From Protoeuglena noctilucae (Eukaryota): a DNA stretch of 64,000 nt. Shown piece by piece: positions 1-10,587 of this stretch (its first letter is position 1; each line of letters opens with the position of its first letter). The position numbers and the translations under genes were made by a program. Below the pieces are notes generated by a model. It was not told where the DNA came from, ran no database searches, and saw only the letters and a list, made by a program, of their open reading frames with translations. Location of the stretch: NCBI GenBank assembly GCA_958009085.1, contig OY253670.1:1612001-1676000 (forward strand). Direction: 5' to 3'.

Positions 1-80
1 AAACGAAGCGTAAAAAAGCTGTCTCTGGAACTCCTTAGAGCCATCCCAGCTGTGCTTATATTCACGTTAATGCACATCCA

Positions 81-368
81 TTGAAACTATTTTTATCTAC
101 CTATGATATGCAACTCTTGATAGACAAACTTGAGGTAGCGAACATAGGCGTTCAAACCGGTGGCATTGTTGACCTCGATGCACCCGCAGTGAAGGTCGAT
201 CTTAAGGACCTTCTCGAGTTGTTTGTCATGGAACTTCAGCTCACCGGAGACAATTCACCAGTGACGTTCGATGTGGTCAAGGGTCATCGTTCTTTCAGGT
301 TTGTGTACAGCCCCGACAAGATTGACATTATTAAGAAGGCGGTCATGACCCTCGATAGACTGGCTTGA
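81..368 (+). CDS. Small hypothetical protein of the virus-like element (likely ATG at 108)
   Basis: Intronless ORF with globular-looking composition, ending just before the repeated upstream motif. Confidence 0.5.
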   Translation: MKLFLSTYDMQLLIDKLEVANIGVQTGGIVDLDAPAVKVDLKDLLELFVMELQLTGDNSPVTFDVVKGHRSFRFVYSPDKIDIIKKAVMTLDRLA

Positions 369-371
369 TGG

Positions 372-393
372 AGAAAAACACCGTAAAGCTTTT
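372..393 (+). promoter_or_regulatory. Repeated pre-ATG motif AGAAAAACACCGTAAAGCTTTT (copy 1)
   Basis: 20/22 identical to 877-898; both copies lie immediately upstream of an ORF start. Confidence 0.55.
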
Positions 394-807
394 TTGTTAT
401 GTATTATTATGATGACCTCCACCTCCGACCCTCAAGCCATCGACGCGCTTCTGAGCTCGACGCCTCTGCCATATGATATCTGTGAGCACATCAGCAACCT
501 TGCAAGTGATGAATATTATTGTCATCGTCAGCAGAAACTAATCCGACTGGTGAAACCTCCCGAGGATTTCATGAAAATCGTCCATGCGAAGACTGGTGAG
601 GTACTGACCAGGGTCATTCTCTATGACGAAGAAGACTTCGACGTGGATGAGGCTGTGGATGCTGTAAGGAAATTTTACCCAGGTAAACGGATAATTTCGC
701 GAGACGATGACTATCTCATATATGGACATGACACTGACATATACACGGGAGACCACGAAGACCACGAAGACCATGGGCCTTGTTGGGTGTGTGATAAGGA
801 CTATTAA
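394..807 (+). CDS. Small acidic hypothetical protein with C-terminal CxxC (CWVC); N-terminal LPYDICEHI is weakly F-box-like
   Basis: Intronless ORF directly after motif 372-393. The F-box resemblance is by eye only. Confidence 0.5.
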   Translation: MLCIIMMTSTSDPQAIDALLSSTPLPYDICEHISNLASDEYYCHRQQKLIRLVKPPEDFMKIVHAKTGEVLTRVILYDEEDFDVDEAVDAVRKFYPGKRIISRDDDYLIYGHDTDIYTGDHEDHEDHGPCWVCDKDY

Positions 808-876
808 TTACTATTACTTCTGTTAAGCCGCTGCAAGCCGTAGCCCCTTCGGGACATATTTTTCAAAAAGCGTTGA

Positions 877-898
877 AGAAAAACGCTGTAAAGCTTTT
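877..898 (+). promoter_or_regulatory. Repeated pre-ATG motif AGAAAAACGCTGTAAAGCTTTT (copy 2)
   Basis: 20/22 identical to 372-393. Confidence 0.55.
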
Positions 899-911
899 CT
901 CCATCCTTATC

Positions 912-1154
912 ATGGGTAAGACGCGATACGTGATGCTTTATGATGCCAACGATAAAGAGCTCGGTATCTTTATCAACTGGAGTCAGGCGAAGTGGGACAA
1001 AAGTAAAGCTACTTTTGAGCATTGGTTCGGAGGCACGCCCGTGAAAACGTCGGACGTAACCTATCAGTCCTTCGACGACATGATGAGCGACATCCGAAGA
1101 CCAGGTAAGATGCTGCCGTGGCATAACGGTTCGCGTGGCTCAAGACCTTCCTAA
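912..1154 (+). CDS. Small protein resembling the RNase H1 N-terminal hybrid-binding (Cauli_VI/viroplasmin) domain
   Basis: MGKTRYVMLY...ELGIFINWSQAK...TYQSF resembles the family pattern GIY.xW..ck...yksF. ATG lies 13 nt after motif 877-898. Confidence 0.4.
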   Translation: MGKTRYVMLYDANDKELGIFINWSQAKWDKSKATFEHWFGGTPVKTSDVTYQSFDDMMSDIRRPGKMLPWHNGSRGSRPS

Positions 1155-1173
1155 CATTTTTATATCCTTTTTT

Positions 1174-1377
1174 ATGAGCGAAGGAGAGCCTAAGACGTCT
1201 TCTTACCTACCGCAGCATAAACGCTATTACCAAGCCAATCGAGAGCGGATTCTCGCGAAAGCGAAGCAACGGTATGCTGAAAACCAGAAGTACCGCGAAG
1301 CCACTATCCAGCGTTCGAAGGAACGGTACAGGGGGCTCCGCCCCCTCAGACCCCCCACCGGTGGCCTGTTGGAATAA
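1174..1377 (+). CDS. Small basic Arg/Lys/Tyr-rich putative DNA-binding protein
   Basis: KRYYQANRERILAKAKQRYAENQKYRE, a helical motif type common in small ORFs of dsDNA viruses and Polinton-like elements. Confidence 0.5.
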   Translation: MSEGEPKTSSYLPQHKRYYQANRERILAKAKQRYAENQKYREATIQRSKERYRGLRPLRPPTGGLLE

Positions 1378-1533
1378 TTTTGGGGGCGGCGTACCTTGCT
1401 GTCGCCCTATTTGGAAATATTTTTTGTGAAGGCCCCTGGGACATGGGGGCTCGGGGGCTCGCTTCCAGGCGTCGCATGAGGCGTAGGGCGTAGGGCATAG
1501 CCCCTACGGCCGCGCGGCTGTTGGAATAATTTT
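1366..1533. repeat. Direct repeat CTGTTGGAATAATTTT (1366-1381, 1518-1533), with a degenerate copy near 1407-1425 and nearby hairpins
   Basis: Exact 16-nt match. Hairpins GGGGGC-TCC-GCCCCC (1331-1345) and CGTAGGG...CCCTACG (1489-1508). Confidence 0.7.
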
Positions 1534-1619
1534 TTATGAGGCGCGTACGGTCAACGCTGGACACGCCAAAGTCAACGCTGGCGCCGCCGTGCGCGTGCCA
1601 TTACTGGCATCAGTAATCC

Positions 1620-4600
1620 TTAGTAAAGAATCCAACCGTCGGACCGCCGTCGTCGCTCCGCGCCGTTCCAGGCGTCGGTTATAGCTAGCTTGTTGATGGC
1701 CACGTTGGTCGTGGTCGACACGGGGGCCGCCACCGGCAGCAGGCTGTTGTAGAAGTCGGTCCCAGTGGTCGTTGTGCACGACAGGAGATTGGAGCCGCCC
1801 GAGTTGCCGTTCAGCTGCACCTGGAGGATGGAGCCTCCGGGGAAGTTGGCGACTGTGACGTTGCCGATGGGGCTGGAGAGCGCGGAGGCCAGGGCGGTCG
1901 CGTTGGTGGCCGCGCTCGTCGAGGTGACCGTGTTCACCAACGTGGTGGAGACATTGGCCGAGGTGGGGTACGTCACAGTGACCTTGTCGCCCACGACGAA
2001 CATGCCACCGAGGTAGACTACGTCCACCTGAGAAATGCCGGTACCATTGGCGATCGGGGTGCCAGTGGCCTTGGAGCCCGTGCTGCCCGTCGACTGCGTC
2101 ACAGTCACTGAGTAGGACGGGAGGGCCGTGCCAGCCGTGCCAGCTGTGATGGTGAAGGCATTTGCCGTGCTGGCCGACGCAGTCCCGTTCAGGGTCTTGG
2201 TCAGCGCTGTGGCGACTGCCGTTGCCGCAGCAGCAGTGGTGACGCTGGCGGTAGGCGTGTAGGCGACGGTGTAGAGTGTGGGGGTCCCAGTGGCCGTGCT
2301 CTTCACAGTGACGGTGATGCTATCGCCGCTTGCCCAGGTGCCACCGATGGTGAAAGGGCCGGTGCCCGAAACCGTGAAACCCGCGGTACCAGCGTTTGTG
2401 TTGGCAACCGCGACGCTGAGGCCCGTGCCCAACGTGATGGTGAGGACGCTGCTGGAGGCTGAAGCCGACCCTCCGCTGTCAAGGGGCGAGCTCATCGCTT
2501 TCAGGAGCCCAGCCGTGACGTTGGCCACGGTCGTCCCATCGACAGAGTTGACGGTGTACGTCGTCGCGACTGCTCCGTACGTCACCTTGATGGTGTCGCC
2601 CGCCGCATACGTGCCGCCGACAGCGATTGCGTCGACCTGGGCCACACCCGTACCACTCGCCACCAGGTTCTTGAACGCTGCCTGCCCGCTGGTGGAGGTC
2701 GGGGCGACAGAGTAGGTGTCAATCGCCGTCCCCGCCGTGGTGGCAGTGAGCACAATGACGTTGTTGGTGGCGATGGTGGCGCCGCCCAGCGGCGAGGTCA
2801 GAGCAGCCTTGAGACCCGCGCCCACGTTGGCGGCCGTCGTCCCGTCCCCGGAATTGACCTTGTACGTGACGGTGGTCGCGACGCTGGAGCTCGGATCAAC
2901 CTCCACGGCAATCTGGTCCGGGGTGGTGGTGGCCCAAGTGCCACCCACGACCACGACGTCCTGCTGGGCCACCGTGGCGCTGGCCGCGTTGACCGTCTGA
3001 CCGACGGCCGTGCCAGCCGACGACGTGGGCGTCACCTTGGTCGTGAACGACGTATTCACCGCCTTGGCCGACAATGTGATGATGGTGGTGTCCGCCGTGC
3101 CAGAGTCAGTCTGACCCTCCAGCAGGTACACCGTGCCGTTGCTCGAGCCGCCCTGCACCGCCGTCAGCGTCTGGGCGGAGTTAAACGTGGTGAGCGCGTT
3201 CGTCGACGCCACGCTCTTGATCGCGGTCGACTGGGCCGTCACGATGAAGCCCAGCGGCTGGGCCATCACGTTGACGGCGAATCCGTCGCTGGTGGTCACA
3301 TAGGTATCCGCCCCGCTAGTGACATAGCAGGTAACCACGGAGGAAGTCGGCGTCGACACATCGCTCATCGTCTTGAGGTCGACCCCCACGCCCGTGCCAG
3401 AGAGCGAATTGGCGCTCGCCACGGCCGACGCGAGGGCGGGGTTGGCCGTGTAAGTGGCCCCCGTTGTGGAGCACGTAAGAGTGTAGCTGCCACTGGTGGG
3501 TACTGCGTTCATGTAAACCTTGAGCGTGTTCCCAGAACTGTCTGCCTGCCCCTCGAGGCGGTACACGGTGCCGTTGCTGGACCCGCCGATCACCGACACC
3601 AGCGCCGTCTCGGAGCTAAAGTTGACGAGCTCGTTCGTGGTCTTCACGCTCTGAATGGCCGTGGTCTGGGCCTTGACGATGAAGCGCACGGGATCGGCGA
3701 CGACCGTGAAGGTCACGATGTCCGTGGTGCTGAGGCCGCCGGCGGACGCGCTGGGGTAGCACGTGATTGTGATGCTCTGCGATTTGCTGATGGCTGCGAC
3801 CGTGCCGATGGTGAGGTTGACGGCGGTGCCGGTGGAGATGGTGGTGGCCACCGTCACGCTGGGGATGACCGTCGTGTCGCTGGGGGTGCATGTGATCGTC
3901 ACGGCGGCGGTCGGGGCCGAGTTGGCCTTGATCGTGACCGTGCCACCCGCCGAGTCCGCCTGCCCCTCGATGCGCACCACCTGGTTGTTCTTCGACGACA
4001 GGTCCGTGTCTGCGCTGAAGGTGGTGTACGTGCCGTCAGTTTTAATGGTATTGATCGCGCCACTCTTGGCGGTGATGACCAGCTGGAGGGGGGTCGCGGC
4101 CACGTTGGTCGACGCGGTGCTGTAGACGCGCCCGGCCGCGTTGGTGGCCGTGCAGGTGAGCTGGACCGTGGAGGTTTTGCTGATGGACTGCACTGCCGGT
4201 AGCGTGATGCTCGAGGCCGTGGTGCCCGAGCCGCTGGCGATCGAGACCGTGTAGTCAGAGCTGGTGGTGCTGTTGGCCAGGACGGCGCTCATGGTGCTGT
4301 CGACCAGGCACGTGACCGTCAGCGCCTCGGGTGCGTTCTGGTCCAGAACGACCTTGAAGAGGCCGCCAGCGCCGTAGGCGTTGCCCTCGATGGCCTGCAC
4401 GCTGTCGTTGGTCGTCAGCTTCTGGTTAGTCAGGAAGCTGGCGCCCGTGTCGCCGCGGATGGCGCTCGTGCCGGGGAGGATGGAGAGCACCAGCGGCGTG
4501 GCCGTGACGGTGGCCGTCGTCGCGTCAGAAGCCGTCGTCTTGGCCGAGGAGAGGTAGGCGCCCGTGACGTCCGAAGAGACTGCGCACGTCAGCGTGGCGT

Positions 4601-5348
4601 CCACGCCGGCCGGGATGGGGTCGACGACGTTGACCGTGAAGGCGTAGGTGCCGGCCGTCAGGGTGCTCGGGAGGGTGGTGCCCGAGGTTGCGCTGACGGC
4701 GCACGTGATGGTGACGGCCGTCGTCCCCGCCCCGCACACGAGCCCGGGGGCGCAGGCCGAGCCGGCCGTGAGGGAGGGGAAGGAGATGGTGACGGGGGCC
4801 GTGGAGCTCGCCGAGGCCAGCGCGTACTGGTTGCTGGCGGCGACGGGCGACGTCGTCTTGGAAGTGATGGTGACCGCCGCAGAGGCGCTGCCGATGCTCC
4901 CGGTCGTGCCCGACGTGCAGGTTAGGTCGAACGAGCCGCCGTCCGCGACGGGCGAGGTGACCTGGACAACGATCAGGGCGTTCAGGTCCGAAACCTTCGA
5001 GCCGCTCGTGACGACGACAGCGGGGCCGCTGACGAGGTTCGTGGTAGCGTCCGTGGTCGTGTTTCCGTTGGCCAGGAGCGTCGACTTGGCCGCGTAAAAG
5101 GAGAGGTCGCTCGCCGTCGCGTGCGCGACGCCCGCGAGGCCGAGCGCCAACGCGCCGGCGAGGAAGAGAGACCTGCGACGCGCGCGGAGGGCGAAGGCGG
5201 CGTGAAACCCGGCGCGCGCGGGGGTGAGGCCGCGTGACTATCCTGTGCATAAGCTTGGCTCGCGGAGATCGCCAAGAACGCCGGCAGGGAACGCGAGAGC
5301 AACGACAGGCAATCAAGGTGCGCTGTGCGTGGGGACTCACCGGAACAT
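1620..5348 (-). CDS. Large (~1186 aa) secreted Thr/Ser/Ala/Val/Gly-rich beta-repeat surface protein; 3' end possibly degenerate
   Basis: Exon 1 ATG TTC CG|GTGAGT (5348-5341), intron 5340-5173, exon 2 5172-1620. Gives signal peptide MFRSLFLAGALALGLAGVAHA. Internal repeats (L/I)EGQ.DS.G and QVD..xGGT...GD.I.VT. Confidence 0.8.
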
Positions 5349-6212
5349 CGCGAGGAACGCTCTGCCCAGGCCTGGGGAGGCCGCGGGTAACTCGAGGCGA
5401 GTTTGCGATGCAGAACCGTACTAAACCTCCTCAACTCCCTGCGTTGGTGTAAAAGAGCAAAGTTAGGACCGCTAATGTCGCGACGCTGGTAATCGCCGGC
5501 TAGCGCGCCCGGGGAACCCGCCGACATGCCAGGTCTGCGCGCGCCGATCGCCCCCTGCCCTGCGCAAATACTCTTAGAGAGCTCGACAGGTAACCACGCG
5601 CACCTGGGGTGGGACAAGGCGAGGCGATGAGGCGGTAAGGCGATTCCCTCTGCGGAACCGGGAAAACGCACTCTTGCCGCGGCGTTCCCGCGCGGTGTCT
5701 TGCAACGTGACTCGAACACCGCCGGCGCGTGGGGTCATGAGGGGCGCCGGGAGAACGCCGTGCAAGCGCCCCTTCGCAGGCGTTCGTCTGACACTGAGTC
5801 AGCCCAATTTGGAGTGAGTCTGCGGACCTCCCTAAACAACCCAGGCAAACCAGCCATCGGGAACAGCGTGAACTGAGTCTCCAGCGTTTCAGGAAAAACA
5901 AAGGCGAGGACTGCTTGGTGAAAGGCGGCTTCTGAGCATCCATAGCTTTTGTAGAGAATTTGTTTGCATTACACCTGACCCCTTGAAGACGGAAGCATGG
6001 CAGAAGTGGCCGAAATAATATTATGTTAAAGTGGGAGGGGCCTTGGTTGCTCTTGAGCCCCCCAAGGTTTTATTTCAATTTGTTTCAATCCTCAGAGCTT
6101 TTTGAGCGACGTATTTAGACCTGATTTTATGTTGAGAATTTCCAGCCGGCCTCGTAATCATTAGCATGGCTTGATTCGTTGCCTGATCTGATAAAGGCCA
6201 ACTTTATATTTT

Positions 6213-6608
6213 TCATCTCAATGACCTCCTCGTCTTTGAAATTTTCAAGTAATAACTTATGATTTTAAGTAAAGGCTTGGGGCTTTGTGGGCCCTGAAGA
6301 GCCATTATGGACGACAAGAGTTTTGTCTGCTTCGTTGGCGGCTTTGTTTGCTCCTGGATCACCCTCGACGTTTCTTCGATTATTATATTTATTCGTTGGA
6401 AAATCATGGGCTTTTTAGGCTGCTTCTGGTAAAGATAGCTTGCTTTTTTTCTTGTCTCGACGTCTTTTCGCATCAAGCTTTTGCCTGAAATTTTACTATG
6501 ATGTGTTCGCTGCATTGCGGCAGCTCGCGATGCGATCCGGTGCCGCAATGTTAAGTTAGTGCGCTTTATGTCCTTCAGCCTCGCCTGGGGGTCCACGCCA
6601 CCGTTCAT
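6213..6608 (-). other. AT-rich island with a Lys-rich ORF of unknown status
   Basis: Region ~5950-6620 is markedly more AT-rich than its neighbours. The 131-aa ORF has no recognisable motif. Confidence 0.25.
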
Positions 6609-6822
6609 TTATAAACAACGTGTTCATTTGCTGCGCAGGGTATGGTAACAGCGCTTTCCGGTGACAACCTATAGGTCAGCCTTATCTCGCTCGGCTCCTT
6701 CCTCAAGCCCTCATCTCTGCGGCCGCGTCTGCACGGCCGCGATGTTCAATGTATGTCCTGCATGCATTTATGCGCCGACCCCAGCGCCTTCCCGGCCATG
6801 CGCTCATTGAAGTCGGCAGCCG

Positions 6823-8171
6823 TCACAGCCGCTCCCACGGGAAGTCTCTCGGCATTAGGCCGCGGCACCGCTCGTGCAGGAGGCCCACCAGAAACGCTAG
6901 CGCGTCCACCAGTCGCGGGCCGGGACGGTTGAACATCTGGTGCCCGTCCACCAGCACCACGCGCCCCGCCCGCACGGCACGCAGGTCGGCCCACCACGGC
7001 TCCCGCGCCAGCGGACCCAACTCTCTCCTGCACGCGAAGGGCAGAGATAATGACTGTTGCAAACATAACTGTCCGGCTCTCCTTGCGTCCGACTCTACGA
7101 CGTCCCCCACCCCTCGCCTGGCCGTGGCAAGGTCGAGCCCGCAAGGGCACACGACCACCCAGTCCGGGTCCGCCTCTCGCAGCGCTGCGTGCTCCACGGC
7201 GAAGGACGGCCCCGCGCCCCCTCCCTCCCGCGCCTCGTTCAGGGGGTGGGAGCCCCCCGCCATGCGAATCAGCTGCGGCGTCCAGTGGCCCCCCACGAAC
7301 AGCGGAGCCGTCCACTCCAGGAACGCCACGCGGGGACGCTCAGGGGGCGCCTGAGAGAGCGAGACGCGGCGAGGCTGGTCGTGTGCCTGCGTCACCATGA
7401 AAAGCGTACGCGTGCTCCCCCGCCGCGCACCTGCTCCGCGGCTGCCGCCACCGGCCGCGCCACGCGCCCCCGCAGCCCCTCTACCGCCCTGCGCGCCTCC
7501 TCCTCCCGCCCCAGCGCCGTCCCCACGCGCATGGCGTCCTTGAAGACGTCGTCGAGGCTCTGCATGCGTGGGATGCCGGTCGCAGGTAGCAACCGTGACA
7601 TGACTTGAGATTCGCAAGCATCCCTGGCAGCGCTCCACTCGCCTGGGGGTTGAGGTCGATGACGGCGGGGTGCGGGTCCATTTCACGCGCCGCCCGGGCG
7701 ACGAGCGCGTAGTCGACGGCGCACACCGCACAGAGGCTCTGGGTGAGGATGACGTGGGGCCGCAACGCACGCAGCGTCTCGATGTCCAGGTGGTAGAGGC
7801 CCCCGCCCTCTTGCAGCATCTCCCGCACTTTGGCGTCCATCTGCTCGCTGGACTCGAACGCGTGCTTCTGCCTGCGTGCGCGGGTGCAGCGGCGCATAGG
7901 ATCCTCGGTGGGCAAACGTAGCGCGACTTGACGGCGCCGGGGAGCAATCAAAAGACCACTCGTACCCAGTCAGGGCGGGGAGAGACGTGACGGACGCAGG
8001 GAAATCGCACTCGTGGCTCCGGCCGACGAGGTTGCGCTCGGCCCCTACTAGGCACGCGATCTCTGTCGCGCTCGGGATCAGAGAAACGACGCGCAGCTCC
8101 TCCGGCGACACGCCCGCCGGGATGACCGCTGGGGCCGGACGCGCCCCCGCAGGAGCCACGGTGCACGCCAT
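6823..8171 (-). CDS. BtuF/FepB-like (cobalamin/iron-siderophore) substrate-binding-protein homologue, multi-exon
   Basis: RVVSLIPSATEIACLVGAERNLVGRSHECDFP; LRPHVILTQSLCAVCAV; FLEWTAPLFVGGHW; VDGHQMFNRPGPRLVDAL. Confidence 0.85.
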
Positions 8172-8480
8172 CTCCGACTGCCTATGGATTTTCCTAGAGA
8201 GGCAAACGACGGCGGCGTCGACGACGGCCGCAATTGTTTTCCCGCAAAGCGGAGAAAGCGTTGATAAAGACTGGCGGTGCTTTTCGCCAGTCTTGGCTGC
8301 TGAACCCAAGCGCCCAAGCTTGCCCAGCTTGGTTTCGTAGACAATTACGACACGCTCAGCCTTGGTTGCTCTCCGCTTTCCTCGGAGGCAGCCAAAAATC
8401 TTGCTGCTGTGGTAAGGCGTGTTCTGGACCCCGGTGCGAACTCGACCCTGCTTAGCGCCCCTCCCGACTGCGTCTGTTGC

Positions 8481-10470
8481 ATGTTGAGTCGATTAGGAGC
8501 TAGGGCAAGCGTCCTCACGCCGGCAGTCGGCAGATACAGCGCAGCGGCGATGGCAAGCCCCGGCGCGACATTCCCAGCGGGAGAATCGCCTGCTCCGGCG
8601 TCGTCTTGGTCGAGCTTATGGAGGAGCGTGCGGTGGATTCGGGTGCGGCGGCCGGGCCACCACCGCAGCGCAGGCTTAGGGCGCGCCGCGGCTCCCACGA
8701 CCGACCGCGGACAGCCTGCGCCGCCGCAGACGTCCCTCCGCGAGGCGCGGGAGGCCGAGCACGCGCTGCTGCGCTACGCGGGGTTACGCGAGGCGGAGGT
8801 CCGGGACGTCCCCTGCGGCCCCTCCCCCAAGCACACGATGCACACTGTGTCGTGCGGCAGCCCCGACGCCCCTCCCATGGTGCTCCTGCACGGCTACGCT
8901 GCGGGCATCGGGTTCTACTTCAAGAACCTCGCCCCGCTGTCCCACCACTTCCGCCTCCACGCCGTGGACTGGCTGGGATGGGGGCTGTCCGGTCGCCCGC
9001 CCTTTAACGCCAGGCGAGGGGCGTGGCCGGGGATGGGGGTTCATCAACCGTGGCATTGGCAACTACCGCTGCCCCGCTGCCGACTCGCAGGACTCGCACT
9101 GCTTGCGCCTGCCCGTTGCTCGCTCTGCTGTCAGGTCAAGCACCGCTGCTCTCTCGCTGCTCACCCTCACCCCGCGCTCCTCCCCCCAGGTCCACCGCGG
9201 AGGCGGAGGACTTCTTCCTCCACGCCCTCGAGCGGTGGCGCCAGGAGATGGGCATCGAGCGCTTCATCCTCGTGGGCCACTCCCTGGGGGGGTACCTCTC
9301 CGCCGTCTACGCCTTACGCCACCCCGAGCGCGTCGAGAAGCTCCTGCTCCTGGGGCCCGCGGGGGTGCCTGCGAAGCCAGCCGATTTCTCCCCCGAGGCG
9401 TTCCGCAAGCGCGCCAACGTGCAGCCCTACACCCTCAGGTGGGGCGTGGCAGCCAGGGGAGGGGCAGAGAGGGGCAGAGAGGAACGCGTGCGGCGGCGAG
9501 GTGACTGTTGGTGTTCAATCAATCTGCAGGTCGCTGATGGTGTCGGTGTTCCCGCGCCTGTGGAACGCGGGCGTGACGCCCGGCGCGGTGGTGCGGCTGC
9601 TGGGCCCCGTGGGGCGGTCTCTCACGGAGGGGTACACCAGCCGGAGATTCGTGGAGGGGCACGGGTTTACGGGTGACCCAGGATGGGTGGGTGGATGGGT
9701 GTCAGTCATGGAGGGGCGAGCACTTGCACACTGTCGCCCTGCCGCCGTGCCTGATGCATAACTATGGAGGGTGCTTTATCACACCGCAGAGGCCGAGAAG
9801 GTGGCCTTCTCCCACTACATGTACCACATCACGGCCAGCCCCGGGTCGGGCGAGTACGCCCTCCGCCACCTTCTCGAGCCCTTCGCCTGGGCCAAGGAGC
9901 CGATTGGGCCACGCGTCAGCCAGCTCAAGGCAAGCGCGTCACGCCTGCGCGCTAGCCAAGCAGCCATGATTCCACGTCGCGACTCTGCGTGATCGCCACT
10001 CAGCCCTCGCACATCTCTCTCCTGTCCATCCATCAGGTTCCGACATCCTTCTTCTACGGTGACTCGGACTGGATGAGGCCCGAGTGTGGGACGCAGGCGG
10101 TCGAGGCGGCCAGGGCCGTGCGCAAGCCCCTCTCCCCCACCGACCTCACCGTCCAGGCGAGGGGGCAGGGATCCTCGGTGCGGAACAGAGCGTCGTTGCG
10201 CCCCACTCGCACCCGCGCACCATCCCGGTCCTTTCTCCGTCTCCACAGATAATCCCCAAGGCCGGCCACTTTGTGTTTCTGGACCAGCCCGCCCAGTTCC
10301 ACGAGGCAGTCCTTCGCGCCTGCCGCCCCCACATGGTCGGGCGCAAGCCGGGGCAGGCGTGGGCCGCGTGCTTCTCGAAGCAGGGGCAGGATGGGGTGGG
10401 CCCGAGGCCGTCAGCGTCGACGTGGCAGCATGACGCGGCAGGTCGAGGCACCACCCTTCGCAGTTGTTGA
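8481..10470 (+). CDS. ABHD4/ABHD5 (CGI-58/Cld1-like) alpha/beta hydrolase or acyltransferase, multi-exon, possible organellar presequence
   Basis: [38 protein letters not shown] (GxSxG); [18 protein letters not shown] (HxxxxD). Confidence 0.88.
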
Positions 10471-10587
10471 CATAGCGAGCACAGCGTCGGTTGTGCGCAG
10501 GCACTCCCGGACACCCTAACCTCTCTACCCTGTCACGGTTGCAGTGTCTAATGAAAAAGCACTCTTTCAACAGATACAGAGGCGCGT

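Larger units (their letters stand above)
1..1540. mobile_element. Right-hand end of a putative endogenous viral element or virus-like mobile element (Polinton-like, virophage-like or NCLDV-like; family not determinable)
   Basis: Visibly lower GC than the flanking host DNA. Four short, tightly packed, co-oriented intronless ORFs, a shared 22-nt upstream motif, and a terminal zone with direct repeats and hairpins (1331-1535). No hallmark gene (capsid, pPolB, integrase) lies in the window. Confidence 0.55.
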
